From: Eledone cirrhosa
Taxonomy: Eukaryota
Direction: 5' to 3'
DNA: 64,000 bases
NCBI GenBank assembly: GCA_964016885.1
Contig: OZ024757.1
Span: forward strand, 34,906,001 to 34,970,000
This document shows, one piece after another, positions 26,031-39,937 of the stretch. Numbering within the stretch: the first letter of the stretch is position 1; each line of letters starts with the position of its first letter. Made by a program: the position numbers and the translations under genes. The notes under the pieces were generated by a model, which saw only the letters and a list, made by a program, of their open reading frames with translations, was not told the DNA's origin and ran no database searches.

Positions 26031-26784
26031 TAGAGGAGGGGTGTGGAACAGAAAAGTTTGGGGACCACTGATACACACACATTTATTTACTATATATATG
26101 TCTGTGTGTGTATACTATATATATATATATATATGTACAGGGAGGTCGAAGCATTTCGGAATTTTTCTAGGCGGGGGGTGGTGGTGCAAATCCCCCTCTT
26201 TATATCAATTAGCACTAACTCTCTCCGTCTCTATATCTACTACACGGCACTCTCTTCCAATACCCCTCTCTATATGAAGTAACACCAAACTCTCCCCCTC
26301 TCTATATATTAAGCACTAAGTCAGGAATTTTTTTCTTCTTTCGTGCAGAGAGAGTAAAGTTGATTAAATCTACTGCAGTGAATTACTGGTATTTTATTTA
26401 ATAAAAATTAAAATTTACTATTTGTCTTCGTTTAATTTTCGTTTTTCTTTACATAGTTTCGTTTCGTTAAATGTCTCCAGAATTTGTTTTTACTTTTACC
26501 GGATATTGAAGGTGTAAACTTGGTGTTGTCTAGAAACGTGTTAGAAATATTTTTCTTTTAATTGTGAAGAATTTAACCGCAAAGTAAGTTTTTTTTACTG
26601 TTTATTTGTGGCTGGGACAACGTATGGTATGTGTTAATGTAAATGGTGAAGGTTTAAAGATTCTTTTTACAACTGAAAATCAGTTTGTTGTTGCTGCTAA
26701 TTACTTAACGCATGGAATAGATTTAAAAAATACAGGATTGTTTCTCGGAAGAGAGAAAGAAGAAACAAAACAAATCACAGAAGC

Positions 26785-26965
26785 GGGTAGCACACACATT
26801 TGGGACCACATACAACACAAAAACAGGTAATCCACACATCTGGGACCACATACAACACACCAGCAGGTAATACATACATCTAGGACCACATAAGCAGGTA
26901 ATACACACATCTAGGACCACATACAACACACAAGCAGGTAATACACACATCTAGGATGACATACA
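26785..26965. repeat. ~40-bp minisatellite, ~5 copies
   Basis: gcaggtaatacacacatctaggaccacatacaacac repeated. Confidence 0.85.
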
Positions 26966-27065
26966 ACCAAAGGCAGGCGAAAGGGGTGGACAAACGAGCT
27001 GCTACTAGAGCAAAAGATAACAGTAACGCGAGGAGCACTGGGAAACCTCTCTAATGATTTTTTAG

Positions 27066-27262
27066 GCAAGCCAGCACGTCTGCAGCGTTACCTCGGGCGA
27101 TGGCGAGGCTGAGGAGCTGGAACAACCAAGTGCCCTCACGAGCTTCACCAGTCACCTTCGTCAGGCTAGCCGCCAGTGAAGATAGGAATCTCGCAGTCAG
27201 TATCCCGACTCCCCCAAACGCCACAGGCTGGAAAATGTAGTTGGTCGACAGATCACAGTATT
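27066..27262 (-). pseudogene. CRE-clade retrotransposon C-terminal fragment
   Basis: Hand translation YCDLSTNYIFQPVAF..TARFLSSLAASLTKVTGEAREGTWLFQLLSLAIARGNAADVL. Confidence 0.8.
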
Positions 27263-27412
27263 ACTTAACAGTGATAGATATTCTGTCTAAAGGAGGGGCG
27301 TGCAACAGGCGGCCCGCGGGCCACAATCGAGCCCACCTGACCAGTCAGAGTGGCCCGCAATGACTGTTGTAGGCTTATTTAGAATTTTTTCCATACCCGT
27401 AATACTTCTGTT

Positions 27413-28053
27413 AGTTGACCTATACTAAAGGACTTCACTGATAGGGTTATATGTGTTATAGTTTCCCAGTTGACCTATACTAAAGGACTTCACTGATAGG
27501 GTTATATGTGTTATAGTTTCCCAGTTGACCTATACTAAAGGACTTCACTGATAGGGTTATATGTGTTATAATTTCCCAGTTGACCTATACTAAAGGACTT
27601 CACTGATAGGGTTATATGTGTTATAGTTTCCCAGTTGACCTATACTAAAGGACTTCACTGATAGGGTTATATGTGTTATAGTTTCCCAGTTGGCCTATAC
27701 TAAAGGGCTTCACTGATAGAGTTATATGTGTTATAGTTTCCCAGAGGGCTTCACTGATAGGGTTATATGTGTTATAATTTCCCAGTTGACCTATACTAAA
27801 GGACTTCACTGATAGGGTTATATGTGTTATAGTTTCCCAGTTGACCTATACTAAAGGACTTCACTGATAGGGTTATATGTGTTATAGTTTCCCAGTTGAG
27901 CTATACTAAAGGACTTCACTGATAGGGTTATATGTGTTATAGTTTCCCAGTTGACCTATACTAAAGGACTTCACTGATAGGGTTATATGTGTTATAGTTT
28001 CCCAGTTGACCTATACTAAAGGGCTTCACTGATAGAGTTATATGTGTTATAGT
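27413..28053. repeat. 55-bp tandem satellite, ~11.6 copies
   Basis: agttgacctatactaaaggacttcactgatagggttatatgtgttatagtttccc. Confidence 0.95.
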
Positions 28054-28627
28054 TTGAAACAAACTACCTGCATCAGTTATTATACATTTATAACACCGCT
28101 ATATTACCTACATGAAAGAGGTAAATATTTATTTCTCTTGTCTTCTTAAATGTATAGAACATTTTTCTTATATATATTCTTAACATAGCTAGGACCGTTT
28201 ATTATTTACTAGTCTCTACTCCTAGGACTTTGCTGGTCTCATGTCCCCTCCATCAACACACACTCGGTAGAAAGCTGGTCGTCGGAGGTAAAGTGGCCCT
28301 GATTACAGGTCTAGTATTGAAGCCTTTCGGCTTGAGCCTTGCTGATGCCGACAGAGTTCCTGTGGTAGTTTTGGTAGCACAGGTGACATTTTATTGTGTT
28401 TAGGTACCGGCTAGTGCAGACACAGAGAGCACAACCAGGTGGTGAGCTGGCAACGACCAAGTGTAGAGGGCCAGCTTTGAAATTCGAGCGACGGAGTGAA
28501 CTAGTAAAAGAGGCAGGGTAAGCAGCATTGGTTCTAACGGTGGGACTAGAACAGAGGTTGGGTGGTGCTGGGGGTGGGCTAACAGCTAACAGTTGTAGGA
28601 GTGGTGGGGGTTTGGTAGGATTAATTT

Positions 28628-30983
28628 TTACATCTGTCTGTGAACTCTTGAAAAAGCAACATACAATTGTCCAGGGTTAAATACTTGCTCAGGGAGGAAC
28701 AGACCCACTTTATCATGTATTTGACCATGGTTCTTATTGATTGTCATGGCATATGACAGTCTTAATGGAAACTGGGGTCTTTCCAAAGTAAAAGGGATGT
28801 TGGCACCACTGGGGGATAATTTCAGTCTTGGGATCAAAACACACCTGCCCATCAAAGGACCATAGATATGAGAAGCTTTGATAAAATGTTTATGCAGTTC
28901 TACTACTTCTAATCTTGTGCCATTACATAATCTGTTCTGGATTGAAATATTCCATAGAAGCATTATTATTGATCCTGCTTTTAATTGGAGTTTGTGAGGC
29001 GGCATCCCAGAAGGTGTAAGCAAGTTCATTTAGCTTGAACCAGGCAGCAAGGGTCCCTGCATTTCTACCACAACCTGAGCATTGCCTCTTTGAAAGTAAA
29101 CTCTGTTTGTTCTCCAGGTGTGTGGCTAGGCTGTATACTGTATGTGATGTACCATGAAGCTTAAATTCGGAGAGACACGACACTGCTTCTGGCTGAGACA
29201 CATACCTGCAACAAAGATAGGTTCTTATTTCATCATGGTTGTGTTGGTTCTGAGCCTCATTAGGTAATGCATTATTCGTTACTTCTATAGATGTACAATC
29301 ATGCCCCATGTAACATATTTAAAGAGGTACTTGACACTTTTTACAGAAGCGCAAACTTCAACATTAATATGTGCACAATATTTCTTAAGCAAAAAGGCAT
29401 TAAATGGCACAACATTCCTGTTATCTACTGAATGTCATCCAATTTACACTGCAGTTCCTGTCTTGCACCTCCTGTACTCTGGGTATCCATTTAGGTTCAA
29501 TAATGTTTCCCTTCTGTAGGTTTTTGGATAGTTCTTTTGGAAAAATCCATTTTGTATAAATGGGGGAAAAGGGTTTCCAGAACCACATGGCCCGTGGATC
29601 ATAAACTTTTAAACCTGCTCATGTAGTACTTGATCATCTTCCAATGCAGGTATTTCTGCTGACACGATTCTGTCAATGTCTTCTCTGTTTCTTATCTTGT
29701 CTTCATTTCTTAAGGCTCAGTGTTATCATCTGTTTAGATAATTCATTAAACCATTATACTCATCCACTCACAATTGGGCTTGATTGTTCCTCAAATATTG
29801 AAGCCTGCATCCCTCTACTTTCATATAGGCTTCCACTAAATACTGCTAAAATAATTTACCTGCCCTATATATCGCACTAAATCCTCCTCTATATGCTATA
29901 CTGTATATGTAATACTCCTGCATTGTCAGTCTATTGCAAACACAGGTCCTGCATTCCTCTCCATGTCACTATGCCACCAAAATTCACCATTATGGGTCGG
30001 TCATGAGGTCCAAGTGGCATGAATTATGTGATATTTTCTGAGGAGGATGGTCTTTAGGAAAGATGATAATATCTCTTTGTACAGGTGGTCTGCCCTCAAT
30101 CCCCCACAAAACAACAGCTATCATTACTAGTTGGTAAATTATAACAGCTCATATCTGATCCTCTTCTAAATCTTAATTCACAGTTCTGTACACGACAATT
30201 TTCTCTTCTTGCACTTTGCTGTTTGATGCCATGCATTGTATTGTACAATTCGACATATGGATTACATTCATGCAACACCTCTCTTATCATAGCCATTTTT
30301 TGTGGTGAGCACTCATTATTTGTTGGTACTAGGGCGGTGGATTGGCAGTATCGGTAGAGCGTCAGACACCATGCTTTGCAGCATAGGGTTATGGCCCTTT
30401 ACGTTCTGGGTTCAAATCCCTCCAAGGTTGACTTTGTTTTCATCCTTATGAGGTCGATAGAATAAAGTACCAGTAATTGCTGGCCTTGTGCCAGAAACAA
30501 TTATTTGGTCGTACTTCCAATCTGTGCTACACACCTTCGTTTCCATCAATAATATATAACTGGCCATATTGTGGTGTATTTTCTGCAGGTTACAGAGGTG
30601 GGGGTGTAGTGATATGTTTGACCCTGAATATGAAAGCTATACGGGCCTCTGCCGGGTGGTAACACCAAATGAAGTGAAATGAATGTAGTTTTAATTGCAG
30701 ATGTTTCTGTGAAATCAACTGCTTCCTGGCCTCTTTCAAAGAGATATCTCAGTCTCTAGGGGTATATTTGCAATGGAGGCAACACAACCTTTCCTTTATT
30801 ACAACAGTTACAATTTTCATTTCTAAATTTCAAAGCTTCACAGTGATCACACGAAACATTCATATCACTAATATGAAATTCTTCTACATTTCCATTAATA
30901 TTAATTGTTGGCCAATTTCTCTTATGACGCTCATTATCCATTCTTCTCTGTCTGAATGTTTTCCATTCTAAGTCTATTTGCAT
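28628..30983 (-). pseudogene. Helitron RepHel pseudogene, copy 2
   Basis: Near-identical to copy 1 at offset 9796; shared block ~18636-22254 vs ~28431-32050. Confidence 0.93.
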
Positions 30984-32050
30984 GGAATAATTATATTCTG
31001 TTGTTTATTATGTAATTAAATAGCTCTGTACAATACATAGAGCATTCTTCTTTTCTTTACCTTTTCTATAGAAATACAAGAACAAACATATATATATATA
31101 TGTATATATGTGTGTATATACATAAACAAGACTGTTATTTCTCCAACCAGTCTATTTACCTTTGATAACTATCCTAAATATAAATACACCTATACCATAC
31201 ATACACATATCATATATGTTTTTGATGCCGTGGTATAGCAGAGATAAGCAAGAAGAGAAAAGAAAATGAAAAGGAGAAAAAAAAGGAAGTAAGAAGTCGG
31301 GGGAGGGACAGACACTTCACCCCAGTCTAAGTGGTCCCTCAGCCGCAACACGTGGAAGAAACGTAAAAGCGTTACCTCGGAACAAGGCCAGAGACACCTG
31401 CTACAATAGTCGCCCCTCCTCACGAGGCTCCTGCCGTCTTTCCTCCCGACTTTATGGAGGAAATCAGCAGTAGGGGGCCCAAGTATGGCAGAGGTCTCAA
31501 TGGAGTGGAAGAGGTGAGTCAGGCCTCAGTACTATCTTACTCTCCTCTGCGTTGCGGGGTGTGGAGCCTAGGTTTGTGGCTGTAGCTATATTTGAACTTT
31601 TATATGAAATTTCAGTTTTATATTTTTCACATCTTAAAACTTAATCTTAGTCTTTTGCAGCTCATCTAGTTTCATCTCACAGCACACGATTTGGGAACCA
31701 CTGCTCTAGAGATAGAAAAAGTATATTTTATGCAAGGCTTCCTTGAGACATAAAAACTATTTCAAGAGATCAACATGGGTAGAAAGGTTGAGAAATGCTG
31801 CTCAATGTTCTTCGGTTTTTGTTCACCTTTAAATAATCATGTATAAAATATCGGGTGTGCAAGATTTCATGAAAAGGTATAACATTATTTATGCTGATCT
31901 TGCAGGGACTAGCTCCAATTGAGAGTTGTACAATTCCCACTAAACTCGAAACTCCTGGACAATATATACATATCTTTATAAGTTCCTGTGTATTGTGTCG
32001 GTGTCTAATGAAACATAAATATATACCATGCATGTCAGTCAGATTTGAAC

Positions 32051-33950
32051 AGAATTATTAGCCACAGGGGCAGAGATGTCCATAACATTACATGACAGAA
32101 TTATTAGCCACAGGGGCAGAGATGTCCATAACATTACATGTCAGAATTATGAGCCACTGGGGCAGAGATGTCCCTAACATTACAACCACAGGGGCAGAGA
32201 TGTCCATAACATTACATGACAGAATTATTAGCCACAGAGGCAGAGATGTCCATAACATTACATGTGGCTAATAATTCTGTCATGTAATGTTATGGACATC
32301 TCTGCCCCTGTGGCTAATAAATCTGTCATGTAATGTTATGGACATCTCTGCCCCTGTGGCTAATAATTCTGACATGTAATGTTATGGACATCTCTGCCCC
32401 TGTGACTAATAAATCTGTCATGTAATGTTATGGACATCTCTGCCCCTGTGGCTAATAATTCTGATTTATTAGCCACAGGGGCAGAGATGTCCATAACATT
32501 ATATGTCAGAATTATTAGCCAGAGGGACAGAGATGTCCATAACATTACATGGCAGAATTATTAGCCACAGGGGCAGAGATGTCCATAACATTACATGTCA
32601 GAATTATTAGCCACAGGGGTAGAGATGTCCATAACATTACATGACATAATTATTAGCCACAGGGGCAGAGATGTCCATAACATTACATGACAGAATTATT
32701 AGCCACAGGGGCAGAGACGTCCATAACATTACATGACAATTATTAGCCCCAAGGGCAGATATGTCCATAACATTACATGACAGAGTTTCATCTCGCGCTC
32801 TCTCTCTCTCGTTTCATCTCGCGCTCTCTCTCTTCCTCTCTCTCGTTTCATCTCGCTCTCTCTCTCTCTATTCATTTCTGTCTTCCTCTCTCTCGTTCCA
32901 TCTCTCTCTTCCTCTCTCGTTTCATCTCACTCTCTCGTTTCATCTCTATCTCCCTCGTTTCATCTGTCTCTCTCTCTGTTGTTTCATCTCCCTCTATCTC
33001 TCTCTCGCTCTCTCGTTTCATCTCTCTCTCCCTCTCGTTTCATCTCGCTCTCTCTCTCCTGTTTCATCTCGCTCTCTCTCTCCTGTTTCATCTCGCTCTC
33101 TACTCTCGTTTTCCTCTCTCTCGTATCCTCTCTCTCGTTTCCTCTCTCTCTAGTTTCCTCTAGCTCTCACTCTCTCGTTTCATCTCGCTCTCTCTCTCTC
33201 ATTTCATCTCGCTCTCTCTCGCTCGTTTCATCTCGCTCTCTCTGTCTCGTTTCATTTCGCTCTCTCTCTCTCTCATTTCATCTCGCTCTCTCTGTCTCGT
33301 TTCATCCCGCTCTCTCTGTCTCGTTTCATCTCGCTCTCTCTCTCTCATTTCATCTCGCTCTCTCTCTCTCATTTCATCTCGCTCTCTCTCTCTCTCTCGT
33401 TTCATCTCGCTCTCACTCTCTCATTTCATCTCGCTCTCTCTCGTTTGATTTCGATCTCACTCTCTCTTCCTCTCTCTCTCTTGTTTCAACACTCTAATCC
33501 CTCACTTGTTTCATCTCTCTCTGATCCCTCACTTGTTTCATCTCTCTCAGAATTATTAGCCACAGGGGCAGAGATGTCCATAACATTACATGTCAGAATT
33601 ATTAGCCACAGGGGCAGAGATGTCCATAACATTACATGTCAGAATTATTAGACACAGGGGCAGAGATGTCCATAACATTACATGACAGATTTATTAGCCA
33701 CAGGGGCAGAGATGTCCGTAACATTACATGACAGATTTATTAGCCACAGGCGCAGAGATTCCATAACATTACATGTCAGAATTATTAGCCACAGGGGCAG
33801 AGATGTCCATAACATTACATGACAGAATTATTAGCCACAGGGGCAGAGTTGTCCATAACATTACATGACAGAATTATTAGCCGCAGGGGCAGAGATGTCC
33901 ATAACATTACATGACAATTATTAGCCCCAGGGGCAGATATGTCCATGACA
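32051..33950. repeat. 46-bp satellite in two blocks (32051-32785, 33549-33950), with an inverted sub-block ~32265-32463
   Basis: agaattattagccacaggggcagagatgtccataacattacatgac. Confidence 0.93.
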
Positions 33951-34472
33951 GAGTTTCATCTCGCGCTCTCTCTCTTCCTCTGTCTCGTTTCATCTCGCTC
34001 TCTCTCTCTCTCGTTTGACCTCTGTCTTCCTCTCTCTCGTTTCATCTCTCTCTTCCTCTCTCTCGTTCTATCTCTCTCTTCCTCTCTCTCGTTTCATCTC
34101 TCTCTCTCGTTTCATCTCTATATCCCTCGTTTCATCTGTCTCTCTCTCTGTCGTTTCATTTCCCTCTATCTCTCTCTCGCTCTCTCGTTTCATCTCTCTC
34201 TCCCTCTCGTTTCATCTCGCTCTCTCTCTCCTGTTTCATCTCGCTCTCTCACTCCTGTTTCATCTCGCTCTCTACTCTTGTTTCCACTCTCTCGTTTCCT
34301 CTCTTTCTCATTTCATCTCTCTCTCGTTTCATCTCTCTATGTCTCATTTCATCTCGCTCTCTCTCTCTCTCATTTCATCTCGTTCTCTCTCTCTCTCATT
34401 TCATCTCGCTCTCACTCTCTCGTTTCATCTCGCTCTCTCACTCTCGTTTCATCTCGCACTTTCTCTCTCGTT

Positions 34473-34543
<71 letters not shown>

Positions 34544-34809
34544 CATCTCGCTCTCTCTGTCTCGTGTCATCTCGCTCTCTCTCTCTCTCGTTTCATCTCG
34601 CTCTCACTCTCTCGTTTCATCTCGCTCTCACTCTCTCATTTCATCTCGCTCTCCCTGTCTCGTTTCATCTCGCTCTCACTCTCTCATTTCATCTCACTCT
34701 CTTTCTCTCATTTCATCTCGCTCTCTCTCTCTTGTTTCAACACTCTAATCCCTCACTTGTTTCATCTCTCTCTAATCCCTCACTTGTTTCATCTCTCTCT
34801 TGTTTCAAT

Positions 34810-34854
<45 letters not shown>

Positions 34855-35130
34855 ATCCCCTCTCTCTTTCTCTCCCCTCTCTCTGTTGTTTCATCCCTCA
34901 CCCTCTTGTTTCATCCCCTTCTCTCCCTCTCTCTCTCTTCCCCTCTCTCTCTCTTCCTCTCTCTCTCTCTCTTCCTCTCTCCCCTCACCCTCTTGTTTAA
35001 ACTCTCTCCTCGTTTCAACTCTCTCTCTCTCTCCTCTCGTTTCAACTCTCTCTCTCTCCTCGTGTTTCAACCATCTCCTCTCTTGTTTCAACTCTCTCAC
35101 CTCTCGTTTCAACTCTCTCTCTCTGTGTCT
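32786..35130. repeat. CT-rich minisatellite (gtttcatctcgctctctct)n in two blocks
   Basis: Blocks 32786-33548 and 33951-35130; continues at 47141-47340. Confidence 0.9.
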
Positions 35131-35319
35131 CCAATGTGTATACCGATATATATACCGAAGAATGTACATAAACACACATGCATACACGCATGTGTATATA
35201 TATATACATACATGTGTCTCTCTCTCTCCCTATATATATGTACATATGTGTAAATATGTACATACATATTAGTGTATATATATTGCTATCTATATGCATA
35301 TTTGTATAATTATACTGTA

Positions 35320-35490
35320 TGGTGAATTGGCAGTATCGGTAGAGGGTCTGACGCCATGCTTTCCAGCATAGTTACGTCCCTTTACGATCCGAGGTCAACT
35401 TTGCCTTTCATCCTTACGGGGTCGATAAAATAAAGTACCAGTAATGTACTGGTTAATTACTGACCTTGTGCCTAAAATAGAAACAATTAT
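35320..35490 (+). mobile_element. SINE S1 with internal deletion (second copy ~47538-47708)
   Basis: ggtgaattggcagtatcggtagagg...aaagtaccag. Confidence 0.8.
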
Positions 35491-36020
35491 TAGTTCAAAG
35501 AGAAACCACCATCATAGAGAAACCACCATCCTACCTGAAATATTATGTTATCATATTAAATATTTCTTATACTGTCATGTTTTTTCTTTAAGACGATTGC
35601 ATTTCAATAAAGTGAAGAAAACTATTATATACTGTTGTTATATCATTATACTTTAGTTTTAACTTATTATTTCTATGTGTATAAATATAATGTATGTAAG
35701 TGTGTTTGAAAATATATAATAATAATATGCATGTTTGAAGCAGGGTTCAACTGAAATATCTACACCGGTAACTTAATTAGTGTTACACCTTAGGCATAAA
35801 CTATTTGGCATTCTTTGAAGGAGGTACTAGGTTTTTCACTGTCTTAAATGGAGTATACACGCGCACACAATGCATATATATAAATTGTTTTTCTCTGTAC
35901 AAAGAGATTGACATCATTTCTTAAATCATTATTTAGGGTTTTACAACAAAACATATTGTATGTGTAATTATACAAATTGAATTTAAGTATTTATTTTAAA
36001 ATTTTACATACACTTTAGTA

Positions 36021-36055
<35 letters not shown>

Positions 36056-36720
36056 TTTGTGATGCCATGCATTGTATTGTACACTTCGACATATGGATTA
36101 CATTCATGCAACACTTCTCTTATCATAGCCATTTTTTGTGGTGAGCAGTCATTATTTGTTGGTACTAGGGCAGTGGATTGGCAGTATCGGTAGAGCGCCA
36201 GACACCATGCTTTACAGCATAGGGTTATGGCCATTTACGTTCTGGGTTCAAATCCCTCCAAGGTTGACTTTGTTTTCATCCTTATGAGGTCGATAGAATA
36301 AAGTACCAGTAATTGCTGGCCTTGTGCCAGAAACAATTATTTGGTTGTACTTCCAATCTGTGCTACATACCTTCGTTCCCATCAATAATATATAACTGGC
36401 CTTATTGTGGTGTATTTTCTGCAGGTTACAGAGATGGGGGTGTAGTGATATGTTTGACCCTGAATATGAAAGCTATACGGGCCTCTGCCGGGTGGTAACA
36501 CCAAATGAAGTGAAATAAATGTAGTTTTAATTGCAGATGTTTCTGTGAAATCAACTGCTTCCTGGCCTCTTTCAAAGAGATTTCTCAGTCTCTCAGGGTA
36601 TATTTGCAATGGTGGCAACACCAAATTACCAAATTACCTTATGTATATATATTTATATCTAGAGATAAGAAGAAAACTGAAAGAAAGAAAAGAAAAAAAA
36701 TGAGACCTTATATGTGACCC

Positions 36721-38050
36721 ATGTTACAACTCAATATATATATATTTGGGTTGTAACATATTCCCGCCGGTGAAATAAAAATTTTAATAGAAAAACGGCG
36801 GGAATATATGTTACAACCCAATCTATATATATTTGAGTTGTAACATATATTCCCGCCGTTGAAATAAAAATTTTAATAGAAAAACGGCGGGAATATATGT
36901 TACAATCCAATCTACATATATTTGGGTTGTAACATATATTCCCGCCGTTGAAATAAAAATTTTAATAGAAAAACGGCGGGAATATATGTTACAACCCAAT
37001 CTATATATATTTGGGTTGTAACATATATTCCCGCCGTTTTTCTATTAAAATTTTTATTTCGACGGCGGGAATATATGTTACAACCCAAATATATATAGAT
37101 AGGGTTGTAACATATATTCCCGCCGTTTTTCTATTAAAATTTTTATTTCAACGGCGGGAATATATGTTACAACCCAAATATATGTAGATTGGGTTGTAAC
37201 ATATATTCCCGCCGTTTTTCTATTAAAATTTTTATTTCGACGGCGGGAATATATGTTACAACCCAAACATATATAGATAGGGTTGTACCATATATTCCCG
37301 CCGTTTTCCTATTAAAATTTTTATTTCAACGGCGGGAATATATGTTACAACCCAAATATATGTAGATTGGGTTGTAACATATATTCCCGCCGTTTTTCTA
37401 TTAAAATTTTTATTTCGACGGCGGGAATATATGTTACAACCCAAATATATATAGATAGGGTTGTAACATATATTCCCGCCGTTTTTCTATTAAAATTTTT
37501 ATTTCAACGGCGGGAATATATGTTACAACCCAAATATATATAGATTGGGTTGTAACATATATTCCCGCCGTTTTTCTATTAAAATTTTTATTTCAACGGC
37601 GGGAATATATGTTACAACCCAAATATATGTAGTTTGGGTTGTAACATATATTCCCGCCGTTTTTCTATTAAAATTTTTATTTCAACGGCGGGAATATATG
37701 TTACAACTCAAATATATATAGATAGGGTTGTAACATATATTCCCGCCGTTTTTCTATTAACATTTTTATTTCAACGGCGGGAATATATGTTACAACCCAA
37801 ATATATATAGATTGGGTTGTAACATATATTCCCGCCGTTTTTCTATTAAAATTTTTATTTCAACGGCGGGAATATATGTTACAACTAAATATATATAGAT
37901 TGGGTTGTAACATATATTCCCGCCGTTTTTCTATTAAAATATTTATTTCAACGGCGGGAATATATGTTACAACCCAAAAATATGTAGATTGGGTTGTAAC
38001 ATATATTCCCGCCGTTTTTCTATTAAAATTTTTATTTCAACGGCGGGAAT
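36721..38050. repeat. 89-bp palindromic satellite array 1 (~15 monomers)
   Basis: ggcgggaatatatgttacaacccaa-atatatataga-ttgggttgtaacatatattcccgcc-gtttttctattaaaatttttatttcaac. Confidence 0.95.
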
Positions 38051-38431
38051 ATATACCCTGAGAGACTGAAAAATCTCTTTCAAAGAGATTTCTCAGTCTC
38101 TCAGGGTATATTTGCAATGGTGGCAACACAACCTTTCCTTTATTACAACAGTTACAATTTTCATTTCTAAATTTCAAAGCTCCACAGTGATCACACGAAA
38201 CATTCATATCACTAATATGAAATTCTTCTACATTTCCATTAACATTAATTGTTGGCCAATTTCTCTTACGACGCTCATTATCCATTCTTCTCAGTCTGAA
38301 TGTTTTCCATTCTAAGTCTATTTGCATGGAATAATTATATTCTGTTGTTTATTATGTAATTAAATAGCTCTGTACAATACATAGAGCATTCTTCTTTTCT
38401 TTACCTTTTCTATGGAAATACAAGAACAAAC

Positions 38432-38463
<32 letters not shown>

Positions 38464-39937
38464 ACATACATAAACAAGACTGTTATTGCTCCAACCAGTC
38501 TATTTACCTTTGATAACTATCCTAAATATAAATACACCTATACCATACATACATATATCATATATGTTTTTGATGCCGTGGTATAGCAGAGATAAGCAAG
38601 AAGAGAAAAGAAAATGAAAATGAGAAAAAGAAAGAAGTAAGAAGTCGGGGGAGGGACTGACACTTCACCCCAGTCTAAGTGGTCCCTCAGCCGCAACCTG
38701 TGGAAGAAACGTAAAAGCGTTACCTCAGAGCAAGGCCAGAGACACCTGCTACAATAGTCGCCCCTCCTCATGAGGCTCCTGTCGTCTTTCCTCCCGACTT
38801 TATGCAGGAAATCAGCAGTACAGGGACCAAGTATGGCAGAGGTCTCAATGGAGTGGAAGAGGTGAGTCAGGCCTTGGTACTATCTTACTATCCTCTGCAT
38901 TGCGGGGTGTGGAGCCTAGGTTTGTGGCTGTAGCTATATTTGAACTTTTATATGAAATTTCAGTTTTATATTTTTCACATCATAAAATTTAATCTTAGTC
39001 TTTTGCAGCTCATCTTGTTTCATCTCGCAGCACACGATTCGGGAACCACTGCTCTAGAGATAGAAAAAGTATATTTTATGCAGGGCTTCCCTGAGACATA
39101 AAAACTATTTCAAGAGATCGACATGGGTAGAAAGGTTGAGAAATGCTGCACAATGTTCTTTGGTTTTTGTTCACCTTTAAATAATCATGTATAAAATATC
39201 GGGTGTGCAAGATTTCATGAAAAGGTATAACATTATTTATGCTGATCTTGCAGGGACTAGCTCCAATTGAGAGTTGTACCAATTCCCACTAAACTCGAAA
39301 CTCCTGGACAATATATACATATCTTTATAAGTTCCTGTGTATTGTGTCGCTGTATAATGAAACATAAATATATACCATGCATGTCAGTCAGATTTGAACT
39401 CACTATATTTGGCGTTTTATAAATATAATTTGTTTGTTAAAACAATTGATTAAATAATAACTAAATAAAATTAATTCTACAATCCTGGATAGGGAATGAA
39501 CTTATAACTGCATAATAGAAGCCATCTATTCGAGCAGTATTGCCATCTAAGCCACCAGGTTACTTACAGAACTTCATTCAAATATAAAATATAAAATATA
39601 TGCCAGACATAGTGAGTTGGAATCTGACTGATTAGTTGGTCATTGTCCCAGCCAACAGTTTAAATCGCCAACCAGTAGGTGACATCGACTAGGTTGGGAA
39701 AACTTGGTTAAGTAGCTCCAGTTATTGCTACGTTAGACATATTCAAGACTTATCGACACTGAATGGAAGAAAGGTAAAGTTGAACTCAGAGTAAAGAACT
39801 GGAAAAATACTGCAAAGAATTCTATCTGATGTTCTAACAATTCTACCAAGTTACCTTATGTATATATATTTATATCTAGAGATAAGAAGAAAACTGAAAG
39901 AAAGAAAAGAAAAAAAATGAGACCTTATATGTAACCC

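Noticed and set aside
36721-38050. CRISPR-like array of palindromic repeats
   Set aside because: Spacers are only two recurring types rather than unique, there are no cas genes, and the context is eukaryotic
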